From assembly GCA_964342625.1 (NCBI GenBank), contig CAYFGC010000001.1:1-49892 (forward strand): 49,892 nucleotides of DNA, in the 5' to 3' direction. Positions 39,201 to 48,329 of this stretch are shown here, piece after piece. How positions within the stretch are numbered: the first letter of the stretch is position 1; every line of letters begins with the position of its first letter. The stretch comes from an uncultured Candidatus Poseidoniales archaeon (GTDB lineage: Archaea; Thermoplasmatota; Poseidoniia; Poseidoniales; Thalassarchaeaceae). Position numbers and translations under genes: made by a program. The notes below the pieces were generated by a model. It saw only the letters and a list, made by a program, of their open reading frames with translations, had not been told where the DNA came from and ran no database searches.

Positions 39201-42200
39201 CAACGTCACCGGATCTCTGACATCGAGTAACGGGTCGGGGCTATCTGACGTTTCTGGAAACCCATTGAATCCAACATTGACATTCTCTATTGACGGTGAA
39301 TCCAGTACATTCACCGTTTCCCAAGTCACATTCAACGTCGATGGAACTTGGTCAGCGGAACTAAGGCTCGATCTTTCTTTCCCACGAGGACCGCATGGAT
39401 TGGATGTTTCCTTCACCCCACAGGTGACCTATTTCACCTCTGCATCCGGGTTTGCCACCTTCGATAGCAGAGGTTTTTCCGTTCTAACTATAGAAAGCCC
39501 CGATGATCTCGACCCTGATAACAGGACAATCAGGGGCGAAACTTTCGATATATCCCTCTCCCTGATAGATAACGCAGGCGGACCTGTAACATCTGCGACT
39601 ATAGTGGTAAAAATTGACAATCTCACCGTATGGGGGGGCCTGTCCGATTCGAACGGCACCGCCTCAGCATCAATACTGGTTAGGCCCGATAGAGAACCCG
39701 GACCAATGGTAGTCACAGCAACATTCTCGGGAATCAATGGGACTATTGGCCTTGTAGGTGATTTCGCATGGACTAGAATAGTGGTTCTAGCTCCCACAGA
39801 ACTAGTCCTAAAGGAAGCATCCTCGCCATCCATAGCAGGTGGTTCGGTGACTCTGGTCGGCTCACTTCTGGATGAGAGGGCGCAGCTACTGCAGGATGGT
39901 GGCAACTCTAGTGGCGGACTGATTCACTTGTACATCGATGGTATCGACGTGGGTCCTTCCTACACTACTTTATCCAACGCTACTACGGGACAGTGGTCCA
40001 TAACATTCCTAATCCCTTCAGATATGGATTTCGGCTCTCACACGGCCCATGTAGAATTTCTTGGAGGATTTTCTTGGGTAGATCCAATGGGGCAAGGTGA
40101 CTCTCTAAATCCAGAATACTACTTGGGCTCCTCTGACTCAATGGTGTTCAATGTGACTCAACCGACTCAAGTAGTAATCTCTACCCCTCCGGCCGAGATC
40201 GACAGAACAGAGGTAGCAGTAGTAGAAGGATTGCTAACAGACGGCGTCGGTAGAGTAATCCCAAGCAGAGACCTTGTCATGCTGGTAAACGGACAGGAAA
40301 TAACCTCAATATCGGTGGATGGAAACGGGTCTTTCACAGGCTTTGTCCCCATTGCACCAGATATGGAGCTCGGACCAATGGTAATCGGGATAGAGTTCGC
40401 AGGGGAGGATTTCCTGCTACCATCAGAATCATCAGTTGTATTCACCGTCTTCTCACCAGTCTTCCTAACAATGGATCAAATAGGCCCTATCGCAGTGGGG
40501 GACGTTATGCTGATTTCTGGTTCTGCAAAGGACAACCTGGAGGATGGTTGGCTAGGGAGCCAAACAATTGAGGTGTTTGTCGATGGCGTACTAGTTGGAA
40601 TCACCAGCAGCCAGGAAAATGGCAATTGGTCCTTGGAGTGGACTATTCCAGATTCCATGGACGTTGGAAACCATTCTATTTCTGCAATTTCTCCAGCACA
40701 AGGATTCTACAGGCAGGGAATAATAGATTCAAATTTCACAGTGTCTTACCACACCACAATTTCACATCAGGTCGATCAGACGTATGTTACTAGGGGGGGG
40801 CATTGGAACTTCAGTGGACGACTTTTCGAATCTGACACCGGCTTCGAGCAGGGCCTTGAGGGCAGGGAGATTTCGATATTACTTGACGGGGCCCCTGTCG
40901 AATTGGTAGTCACGGAGGAGGGGGGATTATTCTCCTATGGCCATAGGGTACAATACGCATTGAGCCGAGGTTCTCACAACGTCTCATTCCAGTTCGGCGG
41001 CGAGTTCCTCTACCTCCCCACAGAGGCGGTTTCTCAGGTCTTTGCTCTTTCGGACATCGTAGTCGAGGTACAACCAATCACCAACACAATCATTCGTGGA
41101 GATGCATCCCCCTCCAGCTCAATAATGATCCAGGGACTCTTAAGGGAAGTAGGAGGCGAATCCGCAATCTTCTCCAACCTCTCCATGAGCCTAACATGGG
41201 GGGAATCGAACCTGCCAATCATCTCCGGCCCATGGGACAATCCGAGTACCATGAACTTCCAGATAAGAGCAAAGGCGCAGGAATTCATGCACCCCGGTGA
41301 GAACACCATCACCATTGTGGTCGACTCCGACCAGTCGAGGTTCCTGAATGGGGTTTCTAGGGAAATCGAGATTATGGTAATGATAGAGGTCGACTTCGTT
41401 TACTCAGAACTGGACCTCTCAAACGGCCAGAGGGTGATCAGGGGTACTGTAAACGCCACAGCTAGGGATACCGGGGCCCCACTGGAGGGGCTTTCTCTAA
41501 CTGCCAGTCTGGTGAATGGCAGCACCACTCACTTCTCGGTCTCAAAGCTGACTGGGGAGGATGGCGTCTTCCTGTACGAATTCAAGTCAATGTCCCCTCT
41601 GCCCGCCTTGTCAGAACAGTCCCTCCCTCCTGAGGGATGGGGACTTCTAAGCGTGATTATTGGCTCGGACTCCGATTTCATCGAACCGGGAAGCCTCGCT
41701 CTACTCCCATCCTCCGGTGTTTCCATTACTTACGAGAAACAAGAGGACGACTCCATATTCGGCAGCGCAGCCTTTGGAATCGGCGCTCTGGTGATTGCAG
41801 CAATCGCCATCGCCATCGCAGCAATGGCATTTAACACGAAGAGAAAATCAACAATTAGGGAACTCGCTAAGGTCCTGGGTCAGACCGTGGAGATGCTAGC
41901 ATCTGGCGATGAATACCGCAGAGCTATCTTCCTGTGCTACGAGAACATGTGTTCGGTCCTCATGCGTCGAGGATTCCTAAGAAGGAACTTCGAGACCGTT
42001 AGAGAGTTTGAGCATGCAATCAGGGAAGCCCTCCCAATCAGCGAGGCCTCATTGGTTTCTCTGGATCGAATTTTCGAGGAGGCTAGGTACTCGAGTCACG
42101 TTCTGGGGGACAGTCACAGGGACAACGCACAACTAGCACTCTCTTCAGTTATGCAGGAGATTGAGGCGATTCAAGACATACCAAAGAGGGATTTGCACAT

Positions 42201-42216
42201 CGAGATCGAGGAGTGA
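33256..42216 (+). CDS. giant (2,986 aa) surface protein: signal peptide, TSP3-type Ca-binding repeats, transglutaminase-like core, Ig-like module array, TM helix, DUF4129-like cytoplasmic domain
   Basis: Uninterrupted 8.96-kb ORF. The signal-like segment MSATFLTFLLLMTGIASMQIAV means the start may be ATG 33295. Domain evidence is listed in the sub-features below. Confidence 0.85.
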   Translation: MQLVTSNYEESSPMGKKMSATFLTFLLLMTGIASMQIAVFEVSATVNDQDADGLPYGIEFLINTQPQDWDSDNDGLPDGWEWQYGLDPLSSLGENGSTGDPDSDGLTNLNEYLFGIPSGWDEPSTTNILDNGVWWNGTVPVSNWDEESAMQVIQGSGSDGADEDPVGNICTDTFDNDHDGMVDSHDPDFDGDADCSSNDDDGDGIEDEDPNGWDTDGDGMPDGWEVANGLDPTSNSNQDGTFGDPDSDGLSNIYEYVNPAWGTRNGTTFPPTQYFRPGPINMTITESPCNPVLSLGPGGCGIFTAEVDGITQTDPQNNDTDGDGLNDSFEGLVLLTDPTSPDTDSDGILDGIEFNGSYGDPAQGSDPRSNNTDGDHLDDGDEDLNGNGVIDPGETDPTRINDEGDFDGDGLQNWEENNSCTLWNVSDSDGGGISDGDEGFPGQTDPCTSIFELVFTIIDWDADADTLTINSTEGINPNPVDWRGNAPMAYFVSPNGTRTPFSYASLEEPSFLKGVDTDPPLGSTMISFINGSWCWDASANATNDPWCDDDYKDTDGDGLADWEELTAAWGYLSDPTLYDTDGDGVNDLSETLNLTDPREPCDNLLDTDGDGLNNYFENTTGCSMIFGIGGFGFGGNFTSDVWFTLWNVADTDNGGVEDGQEYLDGTNPQDNPDDDINPLDTDGDGIPDLIEQELGTDWLDPDTDGGGIPDGEECPEDFWVLDCIGSPGDPFNPIDDIQENALMFTATNSSEGLDPTIKHYWRWHTYDFYTGVSWGVNSTLVGNTQVIPEFSTEQGVADQSFWNHSGPLSWEIIFDEAGYIGPGQELIQPYNVVNFTAWVDNSAGLNFSNYTRDIMVDSAVIEALYVNAPEVILSAAIRDNSTAFAGSDYGKDLPQDFINNSGFVANLTQDVIDQSGAISAWDKVTAIQNFIVNGNDTISFLRNHYGSGRESGLGIDSDVSHWILNSSREGDCDEFTSVFVTMLRVAGIPARKVTGFSGGSWDGKAFNVYGKDFTRWAEVHLQTNQNQGELDLGWIPFEACPPMSEVRVNVQSWGPTSVQRNTTTSETIWVEGTLEFVENQTLVENISLSMYLVEPNQSEQVPGSAAIIEHLVSNVSTDENGSFNLTGLPQQIIQPGFGSLVILTTERGYVGTQGISMPWQVNITDNVSMTITSPIPVGQPMLGIGVNSSITGQLSWANSPFLDPSIVDDLQVTLNYSSDVDGEVSIVSGVSGGGYYEFIVPIDESEPLGLMDAAISFDGWHFDDLNNATTPSYHALPGSLPFMLNITLSPDLTVDIQSQGQNNSILEIGSNIYLNGTVLSRGPSPTPLNGTLILEMRRADLSGPFQELTTWYLNNSSWSSNPGEFSIVWPFSASEVPLPAGPVDVRLQFDSDDLNSNDQEQFVDNYGIRSFVVFDYELPFAIRGREYAVDVFLEDHTGSSFAPFDGEYSLIFDGDTVWNETDPDAGRVTPTFTPSFTMTPGDYDWNLSYGGSTWLSPNSTSGVLRVRGMGNASAILSSDWSVRGSTNWVSGFANDMVLQSQITGNNTSVLVQLVLPSELPPTPGGFPAAGPTYNIANGWVDETTGAYNLSFEIPQGVPSGVYELHVTLSFSVNPPEGGSYYNAGDTTIIDLGVQTEFVVETEPQSAIVTAGEELLLQSTVTDVEDPDVTLSGVSLDLYFDWGGPLQTILQSGTTNSQGEVSFDPIVPSTAPPGFYDIRVHAPDDLSDTLTTTEAGRWLGNESFVNLTVQVASSVEITSIPSQVTALQSFNLVGNVMDSADINRTVDGPVGINVFFLDEPEELLIDNQTTNMTGAFNLTVPTDVLGNGVLRGERTVVVSVVNGSTPFYLTGNGDASILVVGISQFVDSNPFINTIVDRGESITITTRLVEFSNNENPLSGFEVLARFHDTWLDSGVTAADGSVAFEFEVPHDHPLGLVNVTFVFNGSADLQQAVQVLNTITVRSSATMAIDQITANPLPGEFFNVTGSLTSSNGSGLSDVSGNPLNPTLTFSIDGESSTFTVSQVTFNVDGTWSAELRLDLSFPRGPHGLDVSFTPQVTYFTSASGFATFDSRGFSVLTIESPDDLDPDNRTIRGETFDISLSLIDNAGGPVTSATIVVKIDNLTVWGGLSDSNGTASASILVRPDREPGPMVVTATFSGINGTIGLVGDFAWTRIVVLAPTELVLKEASSPSIAGGSVTLVGSLLDERAQLLQDGGNSSGGLIHLYIDGIDVGPSYTTLSNATTGQWSITFLIPSDMDFGSHTAHVEFLGGFSWVDPMGQGDSLNPEYYLGSSDSMVFNVTQPTQVVISTPPAEIDRTEVAVVEGLLTDGVGRVIPSRDLVMLVNGQEITSISVDGNGSFTGFVPIAPDMELGPMVIGIEFAGEDFLLPSESSVVFTVFSPVFLTMDQIGPIAVGDVMLISGSAKDNLEDGWLGSQTIEVFVDGVLVGITSSQENGNWSLEWTIPDSMDVGNHSISAISPAQGFYRQGIIDSNFTVSYHTTISHQVDQTYVTRGGHWNFSGRLFESDTGFEQGLEGREISILLDGAPVELVVTEEGGLFSYGHRVQYALSRGSHNVSFQFGGEFLYLPTEAVSQVFALSDIVVEVQPITNTIIRGDASPSSSIMIQGLLREVGGESAIFSNLSMSLTWGESNLPIISGPWDNPSTMNFQIRAKAQEFMHPGENTITIVVDSDQSRFLNGVSREIEIMVMIEVDFVYSELDLSNGQRVIRGTVNATARDTGAPLEGLSLTASLVNGSTTHFSVSKLTGEDGVFLYEFKSMSPLPALSEQSLPPEGWGLLSVIIGSDSDFIEPGSLALLPSSGVSITYEKQEDDSIFGSAAFGIGALVIAAIAIAIAAMAFNTKRKSTIRELAKVLGQTVEMLASGDEYRRAIFLCYENMCSVLMRRGFLRRNFETVREFEHAIREALPISEASLVSLDRIFEEARYSSHVLGDSHRDNAQLALSSVMQEIEAIQDIPKRDLHIEIEE
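33397..35400 (+). repeat. about 20 thrombospondin type 3-like / calcium-binding D-x-D-x-D-G-x-x-D-x-x-E repeats
   Basis: Examples are DSDNDGLPDGWE, DPDSDGLTNLNE, DTDGDGMPDGWE, DTDSDGILDGIE, DTDGDGLADWEE, DTDGDGVNDLSE, DTDGDGLNNYFE and DTDGDGIPDLIE. The DNA motif GATACCGATGGNGATGG recurs at about 34210, 34990, 35073 and 35293. Confidence 0.8.
36100..36380 (+). other. transglutaminase-like core domain within the giant ORF
   Basis: REGDCDEFTSVFVTMLRVAGIPARKVTGFSGG fits G-x-C-x-x-F-[AT]...R-x-x-G-I-P-A-R-x-V-x-G, followed by TRWAEV and GWIPFEA where H-x-W-x-E and W-x-x-x-D-P are expected. Confidence 0.65.
38390..41400 (+). repeat. array of at least 10 divergent ~105-aa Ig-like/beta-sandwich modules
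   Basis: A module end motif G-x-H/M-x-V-x-[VAF]-x-F-x-G...S...F-x-V recurs every ~310-330 nt. Examples are GLVNVTFVFNGSADL, GPHGLDVSFTPQV, GPMVVTATFSGING, GSHTAHVEFLGGF, GPMVIGIEFAGEDF, GNHSISAISPAQGF and GSHNVSFQFGGEF. Confidence 0.55.
41764..42150 (+). other. single TM helix plus DUF4129-like C-terminal domain of the giant ORF
   Basis: AAFGIGALVIAAIAIAIAAMAF, then the positive patch NTKRKST, then YRRAIFLCYENMCSVLMRRGF...TVREFEHAI...LDRIFEEARYSSH. This resembles the C-terminal domain found after the TM of TgpA-type transglutaminase-like proteins. Confidence 0.55.
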
Positions 42217-42217
42217 C

Positions 42218-42670
42218 TCAATCCATCTTGATAGAAATGAACTCCCCTTCCCAAATCGCCTTTGAAACACTCCTGCCCTCTGGTAGCCGGAATTTCCTGA
42301 TCAATCCCCCAAACCTCTCTGGAGAAATCACTCTGACAATCTGAGAGTCATTCTCAATCGTGGTGTCGATAGCAAACTTGCTCTTGTCGGCTGTTTTCAA
42401 GGGCAGTCTGATTTCAGATTCTGACCATTCTCCCCCGAACTCAGAGACAAACTCCCCCAAAGTGGAAACAGAATCGCTCATGACTCTAGACTCTATGTCG
42501 GAGACTACGGAGTTGTGAACCTCCATTACTTCTGATAGGTGGGGCAGCTCATTCAGGAATCCCATGTGCATCGATTCCGCATCAGTATCAAGACCAACTT
42601 TTAGATCCGCCAGACTACCAATTGACTCTATCTCGGCATCGGATTGGACATCAACCCTGGTCCACTCCAT
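42218..42670 (-). CDS. hypothetical acidic protein with weak Hsp20/alpha-crystallin-like C-terminus
   Basis: 150 aa. The C-terminal IENDSQIVRVISPERFGGLIRKFRLPEGRSVSKAIWEGEFISIKM loosely resembles the ACD end (F-x-R-x-x-x-LP-x-x-v...a...nG-x-L-x-I). It lies 40 nt downstream of XPD on the same strand. Confidence 0.45.
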   Translation of the reverse strand: MEWTRVDVQSDAEIESIGSLADLKVGLDTDAESMHMGFLNELPHLSEVMEVHNSVVSDIESRVMSDSVSTLGEFVSEFGGEWSESEIRLPLKTADKSKFAIDTTIENDSQIVRVISPERFGGLIRKFRLPEGRSVSKAIWEGEFISIKMD

Positions 42671-42710
42671 GCATTGCCCAATTGCCCGACTCGCATGAAC
42701 CCATTGTTGG

Positions 42711-44762
42711 TCAGATCTCGAAAAAGGCCTTGACTCGTTCTGCAGTTCTCTCTGGTTTTGATGTCCTCATCCTCTGCATCACAGGCATACAATCGCTGAT
42801 CCTCCTTTCTAGCAGCCTCTTCTCTAGTAGAACTACAATCGCTCTGTCCTCCTTCTTTCTTATTGGCCTTCCAAGGGCCTGAAGTATGCTGTTCACAGCA
42901 GGCTGGAGACTTGCGTACTTCCATGCCCTATTCCTGTCAAACTTCTTTGAATAGTACTCTAGCAATGCATCCTGTTTTGCACTCGGTGGTGGCAAAGGCA
43001 AGCCAACGCATACCAAGGCACTCAGAACATTATCCGAATAGTCAACTCCCTCCGACAACTTGCCACTTAGCACTCCGAAGAGGGCAGCCCCTCTCATGTC
43101 CCTCTGTTCATAAAGCTTGGATATAAGGCCCTCAACCCCTCTTTTGCTCATCCTCTGCTCTTCTCTGATAATCGCTTTAGAGCACCAATTATTGTCAAAT
43201 TCATCATGTATCCTTTCTAGCATGGAGTAGCTCGGAGCGAAGATTGCTACGTTACCCCTAGTATTATCGATTACAGATTTTACATGTTCAATTATTGAGT
43301 CAAAACTCTTCTCCCTCTCAGTGAATTTACTTGTAACGTCACTAGCAATGAGGACTGGTCTATTCCCTAGTGGAAAACCAGATGAATACCCTTTGCAATT
43401 GGCTCGATTCATTGGAATTCCAAGAATCTCAGCATACATTTCTGGGGGGAACAGGGTCCCTGACATGAGTATCGAGCCTAGGCATTGTTCGAAGATTGGC
43501 TCGCCTACTACACTGGGATCGAGCAGATGGCTAGTCACCCTTGGCTCCTCTAGTAGCTCGTCGAAGACTAGGGCCAAGGCAGGATTTTTCCTATATCTGA
43601 TGCAAATTTCCAATATTTCTGCAAGTCTGGTACAGTCGTTTTGCTCATCTTCATCAGTATCATCATCCTCTTCGATTACTACTGATAATAATCTCCCAAT
43701 CATCATCCTCAGACGAGTAATGTCATCTTCTAGTTCGTCTTCTAGAACACCGCAGATGACCTTCGAAATAATGTCCAGGAACTCCTGAGTGGCTACTCTG
43801 ATATCATCACCTTTCGTCTGTTTATTTTCAGACTTCTTTTCTTCAAACCATTTTCTTAAACTCGAATTATCTCTCAATGCTTTGATTTGCTTCTCCAGTG
43901 CTTTAGCTTCCCCAAGATGACTCGATTCAGGGATATCCAATTCCCGCTCCCTCTTCTCCATGCTCTCTTTGTATTCTTCAACATCAGACAAAGCCCTTTG
44001 GAAAACTTTCTCTGTGACTCTCCTCTCAAGGCCACTCCTAATCCGATCCGGAAGGTTATGCGCCTCATCGACAATGAGAATTGTATTTTCCAAATCAATA
44101 CCCATTACGGGCAGTGATGCCTCTCTGACGCCCTCAACAAAAACATGGTTGTAGTCACAAACCAATACTCTCGTTTTTTTTACCGCTTCTCTTGCCGTAG
44201 CCCATGCACACACATCCAACTTTCGGACTCGCTTCAGAACTTGATCTACATGTCGTGGCTCGGAATGGATGAACTCCTCTAATTCTGCCCTCAGAAACCT
44301 CCTCTCTGAGTCGGTTACTCCTATTTCGCAATTGCATTTCCCTGTGGTTCTATCAACTACTTTGCACATCCCTTCTCTTCCAATGATATCGACCATTTTA
44401 ATTCTGGAGAATCCAGGTGGTAGCCTTTTGTTGATTTCACGAATCGTGTCAACAACAATCCTGTGTTGAGATTGCCTTCCAGTAAGAAACATAATCTTCG
44501 GGATTTCTACGTTATTACTTTGATTCGCTGCATTCAGTGCGGATGCCAGTGCAGCGGCAGTCTTGCCAATTCCTGTAGGTGCTGCCGCAAGTAGAAAACC
44601 CCCACCTTTCAATGCTTCAATACCATCAGCAATCATCTCTATTTGGGATTCTCTTGGGGACTCATGGGCGAAGAAAAGACTGCTATTGGCCGTACCTTCG
44701 ACAGACATGGAGACGTTGTGGGAAATTGACCGTCCATAAGTTTGCATCCCGAAAATTAGCAT
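42711..44762 (-). CDS. xpd: XPD/Rad3-family 5'-3' DNA helicase with Fe-S cluster domain
   Basis: Walker A AAPTGIGKTAAAL, DEAH box (IVDEAHNL), a four-Cys cluster region (GMCKVVDRTTGKCNCE ... DVCAW) and C-terminal helicase motifs (GRPIRKKEDRAIVVLLEKR). The likely start is ATG 44708 (MSVEG...), just before the conserved LFFAHESPRESQ. Confidence 0.9.
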   Translation of the reverse strand: MLIFGMQTYGRSISHNVSMSVEGTANSSLFFAHESPRESQIEMIADGIEALKGGGFLLAAAPTGIGKTAAALASALNAANQSNNVEIPKIMFLTGRQSQHRIVVDTIREINKRLPPGFSRIKMVDIIGREGMCKVVDRTTGKCNCEIGVTDSERRFLRAELEEFIHSEPRHVDQVLKRVRKLDVCAWATAREAVKKTRVLVCDYNHVFVEGVREASLPVMGIDLENTILIVDEAHNLPDRIRSGLERRVTEKVFQRALSDVEEYKESMEKRERELDIPESSHLGEAKALEKQIKALRDNSSLRKWFEEKKSENKQTKGDDIRVATQEFLDIISKVICGVLEDELEDDITRLRMMIGRLLSVVIEEDDDTDEDEQNDCTRLAEILEICIRYRKNPALALVFDELLEEPRVTSHLLDPSVVGEPIFEQCLGSILMSGTLFPPEMYAEILGIPMNRANCKGYSSGFPLGNRPVLIASDVTSKFTEREKSFDSIIEHVKSVIDNTRGNVAIFAPSYSMLERIHDEFDNNWCSKAIIREEQRMSKRGVEGLISKLYEQRDMRGAALFGVLSGKLSEGVDYSDNVLSALVCVGLPLPPPSAKQDALLEYYSKKFDRNRAWKYASLQPAVNSILQALGRPIRKKEDRAIVVLLEKRLLERRISDCMPVMQRMRTSKPERTAERVKAFFEI

Positions 44763-44824
44763 TCCATCTAGGAAGATTCGGGTTGCCCCGCACGCGTGGT
44801 GCGGGACGGTGTGTGTGTTGAGTG

Positions 44825-45019
44825 CTAACTCTGCTCTGCTTTCCTAGGGGTCCGAGGTGCTTCGCTGGGGTCGTAGCCCACTGCGTTGCTAAGCTTCTTC
44901 GCTCTATTTCTGATGTTCCTAAGGCCGTTGCCGAATCTTCTGGCATCGCTTGATTGGTGGTTGGGGGAGCGGACACGCCGCTCCCCCGAGTTTTTTGTGT
45001 GCATCCCAACTTCGCCCAT
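44825..45019 (-). CDS. candidate 64-aa basic, low-complexity miniprotein (uncertain; an alternative explanation is non-coding RNA)
   Basis: The ATG at 45019 lies 11 nt after the RHH stop and is preceded by GGAGAGAGAGAT, consistent with the GGAGG-type SD used elsewhere in this window. The product MGEVGMHTKNSGERRVRSPNHQ...RTPRKAEQS resembles no family I recognise. Confidence 0.3.
   Translation of the reverse strand: MGEVGMHTKNSGERRVRSPNHQSSDARRFGNGLRNIRNRAKKLSNAVGYDPSEAPRTPRKAEQS
44963..44996 (+). terminator. perfect 10-bp GC-rich hairpin followed by T6 (terminator-like on the + strand)
   Basis: GGGGGAGCGG (44963-44972), loop ACACG, CCGCTCCCCC (44978-44987), then GAG and TTTTTT (44991-44996). 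No annotated + strand gene lies upstream, so its role is unclear. Confidence 0.35.
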
Positions 45020-45030
45020 ATCTCTCTCTC

Positions 45031-45396
45031 CTAAGCGTTTGAATCATCATCGTGTCTGAAACGCAACTCGTCCATGCGCTTTCTGAGTAGGCTCACTACC
45101 GTGGCACCCTCGATCATCTCCTTGCGGATCATCTCCCTGGCTGATTGTCTTAGGACGACATCTGCCGGCTCGCCGACAATCTTGCAGTAATCTCTCAGTC
45201 TTACGGTCAACTCTGGACCTAGGTCAACTTCGACCCTGTCCCCCTTTCCAGGAAGGGGTGTAGACAGCATCCTCCTAACTGCCTCCCTAATCACGTCGGA
45301 CCTGTTTCTCATCCCATCGAAGCCCACTAGCCTGTCTAGTTCCAGAAGGTGATCCTCCGGTATCCTTAGCGAGACCATTGGACTGTTACCGGGCAC
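45031..45396 (-). CDS. ribbon-helix-helix (CopG/MetJ-type) DNA-binding protein, apparently with two RHH-like units
   Basis: MVSLRIPEDHLLELDRLVGFDGMRNRSDVIREAVRRML is a canonical RHH. A second strand-helix-helix-like segment follows (LTVRLRDYCKIVGEPADVVLRQSAREMI). GTG at 45396 has GGAGG 8 nt upstream; an alternative ATG lies at 45378. The 187-aa track ORF is an over-extension. Confidence 0.72.
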   Translation of the reverse strand: MPGNSPMVSLRIPEDHLLELDRLVGFDGMRNRSDVIREAVRRMLSTPLPGKGDRVEVDLGPELTVRLRDYCKIVGEPADVVLRQSAREMIRKEMIEGATVVSLLRKRMDELRFRHDDDSNA

Positions 45397-45556
45397 CGTC
45401 TGTTCCTCCTGAGTCTGCGAGAGACGCGTACAGGATATAATTGTATTGCAATTGAAATGCAAATGAAATACAATAATTAGATTATGGAAACATCCACTTG
45501 ATACCCCTAACGAGCGATTCAAGGCACATGGGCGTCTGGCATCGAATGGTGCAACT
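45397..45556. promoter_or_regulatory. divergent promoter region (RHH gene leftward, HD gene rightward) with AT-rich TATA-like elements and an inverted repeat
   Basis: The AT-rich core at 45435-45487 contains TTATAT/ATATAA and AATAATTA. Inverted repeat ATTGTATT (45440-45447) / AATACAAT (45467-45474) has a 19-nt spacer containing GCAATTGAAATGCAAATGAAAT. Confidence 0.45.
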
Positions 45557-48327
<2,771 letters not shown>

Positions 48328-48329
48328 AA

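Noticed and set aside
44809-44819. (GT)5 dinucleotide run
   Set aside because: It is too short to call a microsatellite of significance. It is mentioned only as part of the unusual intergenic region.
44683-45009. 108-aa minus-strand ORF crossing from the intergenic gap into the XPD 5' region
   Set aside because: It overlaps the XPD N-terminus out of frame, has no SD and has a T/P/R/A-rich low-complexity product. It is probably an open frame by composition.
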